Source: Rickettsiales bacterium
GTDB taxonomy: Bacteria > Pseudomonadota > Alphaproteobacteria > Rickettsiales > UBA1997
NCBI GenBank assembly: GCA_031284025.1
Contig: JAITAR010000109.1
Location: forward strand, 1 to 36,489
DNA: 36,489 nucleotides
Direction of reading: 5' to 3'
Below the pieces are notes generated by a model, which ran no database searches, was not told where the DNA came from, and was given only the letters and a program-made list of their open reading frames with translations. Position numbers and translations under genes: made by a program. Shown here piece after piece: positions 26,536 to 33,876 of the stretch (positions are counted from its first letter, which is position 1; each line of letters begins with the position of its first letter).

Positions 26536-27882
26536 CTAGAGATCTTGTTTTTCGCGTTTTTTTCTGTATTTTAGCATTCCATTGGGAATAATCTTCTGCT
26601 CTGCCCTAGCTATGGCTAGAGAATTGGCTAAAACATCTTCTGTTATTACGCTGCCAGCGGCGATTAGAGAATTTTCACCGATTTCTACAGGAGCAACAAG
26701 TATGGTATTGGATCCAATGAATGAATTGTCACCTACCTTTATCTCAAACTTTGAATAGCCATCGTAGTTACAGGTTATAGTGCCAGCACCTACATTAGTA
26801 TCGGCTCCTATATCGCTATCCCCTATGTAGGACAGGTGACTTATCTTCGTGTTGCTGCCAATTCTGGATTTTTTAATCTCGCAAAAATTTCCAATTTTTG
26901 AATTTTTCTCCAAAATGCTACCGGGTCTTAGCCGTGCAAAAGGTCCCACTGTAACACCACTTCCTACTTCACAGCCCTCAAGATAGGAAAAAGATTTGAT
27001 TGTTGCACCTCTGTCTATTTTAACACCAGTCATAAATATGACATTCGGTTCGATAATAACATCGCTAGCTATCTCGGTGTCATAGGAGAAAAATGTTGAT
27101 TTGGGGTCCACAAGAGTAACACCCTTGGCCATGAACTCTTCTCTTTTTGAATCTTGGAATATTTGTTCGGCTGACGATAGTTCCTTTCGAGAGTTTACTC
27201 CGACCACTTCATTTTCATCCGTTATTATACAGCCGCATTCTAGACTGTTTGTCGCTGCTAACTCTACTATATCCGTCAAATAGTACTCTCTAGCTGCGTT
27301 ATTGTTTTTCACTAGATCCAGAAGCTGACTCAATATTCCAGGATTTCTGGCTATATACACTCCGGCATTACATAGAGTACTTTTCCTCTGAAGATTATCA
27401 GCGTCCCTATACTCTATGATTTTTTCCAACTTATTTTTTTTATTTAGCACCAGCCTCCCATACCTGTTTTCTATATTTTTTGTATGGAACCCCAGAGTCA
27501 CTATTGAATAATTGCTGTTAGCAATATAGTTTATCATTTTCTCATAGGTTCCTTTCTTTATGAAAGGAACATCTCCATAGGTCACTAGCACAGCATCATC
27601 CATATTTTCTAATGCTCCCAGACCAATTTTGGTAGCACTACAGGTGCCGCTTATATCTGTCTGGACCGCCATTTTTATATCTTTGGCACTAATATTTTCC
27701 ACAGCCGCTCTATTGTCCGGAGATACCACGAGAATAATTTCATCGCTGTTAACCGATTTAAGGGTATTTACCACGTGATTAATTATTTCCAAATCACCGA
27801 TTCTGTGCAAAATTTTTGACTTGCTAGACATCATTCTTAGGCTTTTTCCAGCGCACAACACTATTGCGGTTAGGTTGCTCAT
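26536..27882 (-). CDS. glmU: Bifunctional GlcNAc-1-P uridyltransferase / GlcN-1-P acetyltransferase
   Basis: The N-terminal motif is AIVLCAGKSLRM..SKILH. The C-terminal left-handed beta-helix has hexapeptide repeats (IGDSDIGADTNVGAGTITCNYDG...VGDNSFIGSNTILVAPVEIG). Confidence 0.95.
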   Translation of the reverse strand: MSNLTAIVLCAGKSLRMMSSKSKILHRIGDLEIINHVVNTLKSVNSDEIILVVSPDNRAAVENISAKDIKMAVQTDISGTCSATKIGLGALENMDDAVLVTYGDVPFIKKGTYEKMINYIANSNYSIVTLGFHTKNIENRYGRLVLNKKNKLEKIIEYRDADNLQRKSTLCNAGVYIARNPGILSQLLDLVKNNNAAREYYLTDIVELAATNSLECGCIITDENEVVGVNSRKELSSAEQIFQDSKREEFMAKGVTLVDPKSTFFSYDTEIASDVIIEPNVIFMTGVKIDRGATIKSFSYLEGCEVGSGVTVGPFARLRPGSILEKNSKIGNFCEIKKSRIGSNTKISHLSYIGDSDIGADTNVGAGTITCNYDGYSKFEIKVGDNSFIGSNTILVAPVEIGENSLIAAGSVITEDVLANSLAIARAEQKIIPNGMLKYRKKREKQDL

Positions 27883-27911
27883 AATAATTATATTTATCCT
27901 TGAATAACTAA

Positions 27912-27936
27912 ATATTTCTTATAAAATAAGAAATAT
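27912..27936. promoter_or_regulatory. 25-bp palindrome (11-bp perfect arms, 3-nt centre) in the 73-bp divergent glmU / poly-Glu-gene spacer
   Basis: ATATTTCTTAT aaa ATAAGAAATAT. The arms are exact reverse complements. Confidence 0.3.
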
Positions 27937-27955
27937 GTATCCACTAATGTAAGCT

Positions 27956-29041
27956 ATGTTAATTTTGTTTTCAAGTATATTCCTTATTTTTCTAGTTCTC
28001 ATAGTTTTGGAACTAGATTTTTCCCGCAGATCTCTTAATAAAAATTCTAAAAAATCTGGCGACTCAAAGGATATTGGTGGCAAAGCTGATCCCGCAGTTG
28101 GTAAAAATATTTCCGCCGATGCCACTGCCGCTAAGCTAGATGATATTCTCAAGTTGTTAAAATCCAGTAAAACTGATGAGCTGGTGGTTGAAATGGATGT
28201 GTACATAAAAACACTGATTAATGATATGGGAGCACTCAAGAAAGTACTAATCGGCAATTCTTCCGATTCCAATAAAGACATGTTGCCCACAATGGCTAAA
28301 GATATAGGAGTGTTGGAGGAAAATATTTCTTTCCTTAGAAAGGATGTGCAAACTTTAGCTAGCAAAAAAATATCGGAAATTCTGGATAGAATTTCGGATC
28401 TGGAACAAAAACTTTATATAAAACTTGAGGAATCTGCTAACTATCCATTGGCTGATGATTACAGCGATAAAGAAGAAGAGGTGGAAGACAGGGATGAAGA
28501 ATATAAAGAAGAAGGAGAAAACGAAGAAGAGGAAGAAGAAAATGAGAAAGAAAATGATGAAGAAGAAGAAAAAGAAGAAGAAACGGAAGAGGAGGAAGAA
28601 AATGAAGAGGAAGAAAAAGAAGAAGAGGAAGAAAAAGAAGAAGAGGAGGAAGAAAAAGAAGAAGAAACGGAAGAGGAGGAAGAAAAAGAAGAAGAAACGG
28701 AAGAGGAAGAAGAAAATGAGGAAGAAACGGAAGAGGAAGAAGAAAATGAAGAGGAAGAAAAAGAAGAAGAGGAAGAAGAAAATGAAGAGGAAGAAACGGA
28801 AGAGGAGGAAACTGCGGAAATAGATGAGACGTTTAACCCCCCAGAAATAGAATTTGATGAAAATGCAATTGTAGAGGAAAAAAGCGAAGATGATAGTTCA
28901 GAAACCGAAGATGAATTTTCAGATGCTAGTGAATCTGAAGAAAAAGGTAGCCAGAAGAAAAAAGGACTTAGGGATAGTGAAGAACTTATGGAAAAGATAA
29001 AAAAACTCAAAGAAAAACTCAATAGTGGGGATTCTAAGTGA
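27956..29041 (+). CDS. Membrane-anchored, extremely Glu-rich protein (single N-terminal TM, coiled-coil-like middle, acidic tract of ~120 aa)
   Basis: MLILFSSIFLIFLVLIVLEL is followed by basic residues (RRSLNKNSKKSGDSK), so the C-terminal part is predicted to be cytoplasmic. The tract DKEEEVEDRDEEYKEEGENEEEEEENEKEND...EEEETEEEETAEIDE follows. The gene ends in tandem stops TGA TAA, 25 nt before the ATPase start. Confidence 0.7.
   Translation: MLILFSSIFLIFLVLIVLELDFSRRSLNKNSKKSGDSKDIGGKADPAVGKNISADATAAKLDDILKLLKSSKTDELVVEMDVYIKTLINDMGALKKVLIGNSSDSNKDMLPTMAKDIGVLEENISFLRKDVQTLASKKISEILDRISDLEQKLYIKLEESANYPLADDYSDKEEEVEDRDEEYKEEGENEEEEEENEKENDEEEEKEEETEEEEENEEEEKEEEEEKEEEEEEKEEETEEEEEKEEETEEEEENEEETEEEEENEEEEKEEEEEENEEEETEEEETAEIDETFNPPEIEFDENAIVEEKSEDDSSETEDEFSDASESEEKGSQKKKGLRDSEELMEKIKKLKEKLNSGDSK
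28466..28812 (+). repeat. GAA-rich polypurine tract with imperfect 30-nt tandem periodicity
   Basis: The plus strand is almost pure purine for about 350 nt. The unit aaagaagaagaaacggaagaggaggaagaa occurs at 28571..28600, at 28655..28684, directly adjacent at 28685..28714 (1 mismatch), and as a variant at 28715..28744. Confidence 0.9.
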
Positions 29042-29066
29042 TAACGCTAACAAAAAGGAGGTTATT

Positions 29067-31688
29067 GTGGATAATAGGATAGATTTAAATTTGGTGGATA
29101 GGGTTAATGGTTTGGATGAAATCACAGCCATGGAAAAACTCAAAACGTTTGGCTACAACAGGCTACCGTCGTCGAAGAATAAAAATATAATTTTAATCTT
29201 TCTTAAACAATTCTGCGACCCGCTTATATACATATTACTAATTGGTGCATGTTTTTCTATTTTTTTGAAAGAATACTCAGATGGTATATTTATATTTTCG
29301 ATTCTAGCTGCGAATTCGCTGATAGGTTGCCTGCAGGAGTATTTTGCTCAAAAGTCGGTTAATTCACTGAAAAATATGGTTAAATCAAGGGTGGTGGTTA
29401 TTAGAGAGGGAGCTGAGAAGGAAATAGATTCCGAATATCTGGTAGTTGGAGATTTAGTTTTTGTGAAAGGTGGGACAAAAATTCCGGCTGACATAATTCT
29501 TCTGGAGAGTGAAAATTTAGAGGTGAATGAGTCTATGCTGACTGGGGAATCTGATGCCGTCAGAAAAGATGCTGGCTATAGACAGAAGGAAAACTGTCAA
29601 ATTCAGGACAAATTTAATGAAGTTTTTGCTGGAACTATAGTTACCAAGGGAATTTTTAGAGGTGTTGTAAAAGCTACTGGGCTAGATACGGAGATGGGTA
29701 AAATAGCTTCTAAAATTAACCAGGAGACCGGGGTAAAAACTCCTCTGCTGATAAGAATGGGAGAATTTTCCAAATTATTTGCCATTTTCATAGCGGTGGC
29801 TATAGCTGTCATAGCTGCTATAACAATTATGAAAGGGGGAAATGTCAGAGATGTACTTATGATGTCGATTAGTCTGGCAGTGAGTGCTATACCTGAAGCT
29901 CTACCGATAACGATAACTATAGCTTTGGCTATAGGCGTGGTGAAAATGGCAAAAAAGAATATGATAGTAAAAAATCTCTCTGCCGTTGAGGCTCTGGGTT
30001 CCTGCACGATTATAGCCTCCGATAAAACTGGCACTCTAACCCAGAATGAAATGCAGGTTATTGGCATATGGGACCAAAGCAGCAAGGATATCACGTCAAT
30101 TGAAGGTGCTGGGACAAAAATCATAGATAAAAATAACTGTAAAAATTTTTCTATAGAACAATATTTGGTATTATCTAGCGTACTAGCTAACGAGGCTGGG
30201 GAAAATGAGGGTAAATTCTTTGGAGATAGTGTGGATATAGCTTTCCTAAAGTATGTGAAAAGCCAGGGATATGATTTTAGGACAATTTTGAAGGATTTTC
30301 CGAAAAAAAAGATGCTTTACTACACGTCCGAGTCTAAGTACTCTTCAGCTTTCGTTGAAGTTGATGACCAGGCTCTCGTTTTGGTAAAAGGAGCCCCAGA
30401 GATAATTCTCGAAATGTGTCGGGGAGATGATAGGAAAGCTATAGAAATAAAACTGCAGGAATTGTCGGAGAATGGCATGAGAGTACTGGCCGTAGCTCAG
30501 AGAGCTATGGATAGAAAGCCGGATGGCGACTATAGCACCACTGATCTGAAGAACATGAAATTTCTAGCTCTCGTTTCTCTGCTGGATCCACTGCGGGAAG
30601 AGGCTAGGACATCCATTGTAAAGTGCCTGGGGGCTGGCATTGGGATTGTGATGATAACCGGAGATAGTACAAAGACTGCCTATACCATAGCAAAACACCT
30701 AGGTTTCGTCGAAAATGTAAATGAGGTGAGATCCGGCCTTGACATTAGAGAAGTTCTAGTAAAAGGGACTGCTGCAATGGATGAACTGACAAAGAATGCT
30801 AAAGTGTATTCCAGAGTAGAGCCGATACAAAAGTTGGAGATAGTGCGATCGTATATAAGAAATGGAAATTTTGTTGCTGTGACCGGAGATGGCATAAACG
30901 ATGCTCCAGCGCTCAAAAATGCTAACGTTGGCATAGCAATGGGGAAATCTGGCACCGATATAGCCAAGGAAAGTGCTGACGTGATTTTGCTTGACGACAA
31001 TCTTGCCTCCTTAGTAAATGGCATAGAGGAGGGAAGAATAGTCTACAGCAACATAAGGAAACTTATATTTTTCGTTGTCTCTTGCAATATACCGGAGGTT
31101 GTAATATACATATTTGCAGCCCTTCTCAATCTGCCAGCTCCCTTTAGTGCTACCCAATTGCTATGGCTTAATGTTATAACGGAGGGTGTGCAAAATATAT
31201 TTCTCGCCTTTGAAAAAGGAGAGGGGGAAGAAATGGCTAGTCCTCCTAGGAAACCCGAGGAATCTATATTTGATAGTATTATGAAGAGACGGTGTCTTTG
31301 TTCGATAGTTGTGATGAGTTTGCTGTACATTGGATTCTATTACGTTTCCCTAAAAATAATGAATACAGAGCGGACCAAGGCCGTAAGTCTTCTGATGCTG
31401 CTATTTGTTTTTATCCAGAATTTTCAAGTGTTTAATAGCAGATCCGAAACCAAATCAATTTTTAGGCATAGCATCAGAGAAAATAAAAAACTTCTGTTTG
31501 GAGTACTGGTGGTTGCTGCTATCCATCTACTGATTTCAGAAAATGTGGCGGCAGGCAAAATACTTAAAATAGAACCATTGGCGCCCAGAGAAATTCTATT
31601 TGTATTCCTATGTGCGAGTGTGGTTGTATTTGTAAACGAGATAGAAAAAATTCTAAGAAATCTAAAAACCGCAAAAATGCGCAGCTGA
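29067..31688 (+). CDS. P-type cation-transporting ATPase, P2A (Ca2+-ATPase/PacL-like)
   Basis: DKTGTLT, MITGDS and TGDGINDAPALK. TM4 is IPEALP, TM5 is SCNIPEV and TM6 is NVITEG, which keep the acidic and amide positions of SERCA-type Ca sites. A strong SD AAGGAGG (29055..29061) lies 5 nt before GTG 29067, so I prefer that start to the track GTG at 29025. Confidence 0.92.
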   Translation: MDNRIDLNLVDRVNGLDEITAMEKLKTFGYNRLPSSKNKNIILIFLKQFCDPLIYILLIGACFSIFLKEYSDGIFIFSILAANSLIGCLQEYFAQKSVNSLKNMVKSRVVVIREGAEKEIDSEYLVVGDLVFVKGGTKIPADIILLESENLEVNESMLTGESDAVRKDAGYRQKENCQIQDKFNEVFAGTIVTKGIFRGVVKATGLDTEMGKIASKINQETGVKTPLLIRMGEFSKLFAIFIAVAIAVIAAITIMKGGNVRDVLMMSISLAVSAIPEALPITITIALAIGVVKMAKKNMIVKNLSAVEALGSCTIIASDKTGTLTQNEMQVIGIWDQSSKDITSIEGAGTKIIDKNNCKNFSIEQYLVLSSVLANEAGENEGKFFGDSVDIAFLKYVKSQGYDFRTILKDFPKKKMLYYTSESKYSSAFVEVDDQALVLVKGAPEIILEMCRGDDRKAIEIKLQELSENGMRVLAVAQRAMDRKPDGDYSTTDLKNMKFLALVSLLDPLREEARTSIVKCLGAGIGIVMITGDSTKTAYTIAKHLGFVENVNEVRSGLDIREVLVKGTAAMDELTKNAKVYSRVEPIQKLEIVRSYIRNGNFVAVTGDGINDAPALKNANVGIAMGKSGTDIAKESADVILLDDNLASLVNGIEEGRIVYSNIRKLIFFVVSCNIPEVVIYIFAALLNLPAPFSATQLLWLNVITEGVQNIFLAFEKGEGEEMASPPRKPEESIFDSIMKRRCLCSIVVMSLLYIGFYYVSLKIMNTERTKAVSLLMLLFVFIQNFQVFNSRSETKSIFRHSIRENKKLLFGVLVVAAIHLLISENVAAGKILKIEPLAPREILFVFLCASVVVFVNEIEKILRNLKTAKMRS

Positions 31689-31903
31689 ACTGAATATTTT
31701 GCTTTAAAAGTCCTAGAAAAATTTTCCCATACAACTTATTTTAATAACGGTTTAGTAGAAGTTTATTCGAGTAATTTCGAATATATTGCATGTAAGTTCC
31801 TTATAAGACAGATTTTTTGGACTATTTAGCTATACAAACTAAAAATTGTATAGTATTGCAAATTACACTTTTTAGTTTAGACTGCGGGTGCCTCCTTTAT
31901 AAA

Positions 31904-31927
31904 GGGCCATCCTGGTGGGGATGGCCC
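31904..31927. terminator. GC-rich hairpin between the convergent ATPase and lpxI genes; candidate bidirectional terminator
   Basis: GGGCCATCC (31904..31912) pairs with GGATGGCCC (31919..31927), giving a 9-bp perfect stem and a 6-nt loop. CATTTCTTT follows on the plus strand and TTTATAAA on the minus strand, 23 nt after the lpxI stop. Confidence 0.6.
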
Positions 31928-31949
31928 CATTTCTTTGGCAATGATGGTA

Positions 31950-32768
31950 TTAGGCCTCCAGGCCGTAGATGAAAATACCGAAATTCGTAGCTTTTTCTAT
32001 GACTCTATCTTTTGCTATTACCAGACAGTTTTTATAATCTATGGCTATTCCTGCGAAGCCGGAGCGGTGTAGTTGCTCTATGGTATCGGGTCCTATCGCT
32101 GGAAGATCCATTTTTCTGGTTTGTTTTGTTTTTTTAATTTTTACTAGCACAGGTTTGTTGCCACTGCTATACTTTAGGCCATTTACTCTTTCTATTAGAC
32201 TTGCCGTACCCTCAACACACTCGATGCCCAGAACAATTTTTTGCTGCACGGCCACCGTTTGTCCCACATCAAAGTCGCTCAATTCTTCTAGGAGATTTTT
32301 ACCTATATTTATATCTTCTAGGTAACTGCGGCTACATTTTATTTTTCCATTGAATCCGGCTTCAAGTTTCAGATTATTTAGTATTGAATCCACCTCTAGA
32401 ATCTGAAAGTCATGTTTTCTGAAGAAGTCGGCAACAATTTCCAATACGGAATTATCACCGAGTAATTTGTTTTTAAGGATATTTTTTATCAGAGACAATC
32501 CGCCCAAATCAACCTTTAAAAAACTAAAAGCTGGTTTTCTCACACCGCCGGCGAACACTAGATCGCCAACGTCATTCTTTCTAAAAAAACTTATCGCTTC
32601 GCCGACACAGCCAATATCCACCTCTATAAAACTAACATCTGAGTAGTTCATGGCATTGGCAAAGGGTTTTATGAGTACACAAAACAGCTCGATTTTCGAG
32701 TTTTTGCAGTATTCGACTAATGCAGAGGGGAGTTCCCCGGAACCAGCTATAAGACCAAGCTTTTTCAT
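31950..32768 (-). CDS. lpxI: UDP-2,3-diacylglucosamine pyrophosphatase LpxI (DUF1009 family)
   Basis: The N-terminal motif is LGLIAGSGELP, the length is 272 aa, and the ATG lies 1 nt after the lpxA stop. This matches the lpxA-lpxI arrangement known from alphaproteobacteria. Confidence 0.85.
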   Translation of the reverse strand: MKKLGLIAGSGELPSALVEYCKNSKIELFCVLIKPFANAMNYSDVSFIEVDIGCVGEAISFFRKNDVGDLVFAGGVRKPAFSFLKVDLGGLSLIKNILKNKLLGDNSVLEIVADFFRKHDFQILEVDSILNNLKLEAGFNGKIKCSRSYLEDINIGKNLLEELSDFDVGQTVAVQQKIVLGIECVEGTASLIERVNGLKYSSGNKPVLVKIKKTKQTRKMDLPAIGPDTIEQLHRSGFAGIAIDYKNCLVIAKDRVIEKATNFGIFIYGLEA

Positions 32769-32769
32769 A

Positions 32770-33642
32770 TCATTTTAGTCCAGATATAATATACCTATCT
32801 GATTTTTTTGATAGAAATTCTATAACTTCGCAGACAACTCTAGAATTTTCGTACCTGTCTCGAAGATCTTCAACAACTCCGCGCATATCGCCGCTGGAAG
32901 ATTGAAACACATCTCTGTAAAAATTTCGCAATTCATTTATGTCTTTTCTGGAAAAATTTCTTCGTTTCAAACCTATAATATTAACTCCCTCAAGGTTAGT
33001 GGTTCTAGCCTCGGCAACGACTCCATAGGGCACCACATCTCCCGCAACGGCTGTCATACCTCCTATCATTGCATGCCTGCCGATGCGAACCTTTTGATGT
33101 ACCGCAGACAGACCTCCGATGACGGTGTAGTCGCCTATGCGCACATGACCACCCAAAGCAACGTTATTGGCCAACACGCAATTGTTTCCTAGAACACAGT
33201 CGTGGGCGATGTGAACGTTGATCATTAGTAGGTTGTTGTTTCCAATTTCGGTCACCATCATGTCGCCCTTTGTACCAGGGTGTATTGTGCAATGCTCCCT
33301 TATTCTATTATTGTTACCTATTCTGATGGATGACTCCTCCCCCTCGTATTTTAAATCCTGTGGCTCCTGTCCTATAACTGCAAACGAAAATATCCTATTT
33401 CCTCTCCCCATAACCACATGTCCATCCACAATAACATGGGGCTTTAGTTCGCAGCCATTACCTATGGTTACATGTGGTCCTACCACACAATAGGGACCAA
33501 TTTTAACATTGTCACCTATCCTTGCGTTTATATCAACTATCGCTGTTGGATGAATCTGACTGTTACTTCCAATGCGGCCGTAATTCCTAAAAACACTAGC
33601 GTTGTCCTGCCTATTTTCGAAAATACCCTGTTGTTTATACAT
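32770..33642 (-). CDS. lpxA: UDP-N-acetylglucosamine O-acyltransferase
   Basis: IHPTAIVD..IGDNVKIGPYCVVG, hexapeptide repeats, HDCVLGNNCVLANNVALGGHV, and a helical C-terminal domain. I prefer ATG 33642; the 20 residues upstream in the track ORF look non-native. Confidence 0.92.
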   Translation of the reverse strand: MYKQQGIFENRQDNASVFRNYGRIGSNSQIHPTAIVDINARIGDNVKIGPYCVVGPHVTIGNGCELKPHVIVDGHVVMGRGNRIFSFAVIGQEPQDLKYEGEESSIRIGNNNRIREHCTIHPGTKGDMMVTEIGNNNLLMINVHIAHDCVLGNNCVLANNVALGGHVRIGDYTVIGGLSAVHQKVRIGRHAMIGGMTAVAGDVVPYGVVAEARTTNLEGVNIIGLKRRNFSRKDINELRNFYRDVFQSSSGDMRGVVEDLRDRYENSRVVCEVIEFLSKKSDRYIISGLK

Positions 33643-33876
33643 AAAGCAAATGTATCCAAGTAAAACTTGCTTATAGTGTAATACAATGTTAAATATAATC
33701 AAATCATTTTTTATTACAAAATATTACATTAAATCGATAAATTTCGGAGAATACAAATTTCAAGAATTCAATTCCCGGTATCGGAATTCCGGGGAAAAAC
33801 TTTATGGAGCAAACACGCAGAATACGTGAGCATTCAAGAGATTCTACCTGTTTGTCTTGTGACGAAGAAATTAATT

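Noticed and set aside
27767-27782. A second CACGTG-centred site inside glmU, considered as a possible extra parS
   Set aside because: It has 6 of 16 mismatches to the parS consensus outside the CACGTG core.
27919-28365. A 148-aa minus-strand ORF overlapping the 5' part of the poly-Glu gene
   Set aside because: It is antisense to the better-supported plus-strand ORF and would run into the glmU start region. It has no recognisable motifs.
28425-29022. A Lys/Arg-rich 132-aa ORF (+, alternative frame) and a Ser-rich 187-aa ORF (-) across the GAA tract
   Set aside because: They are artefacts of the polypurine repeat, which lacks stop codons in several frames. The Glu-rich frame is the one continuous with a TM-anchored N-terminus and a proper gene context.
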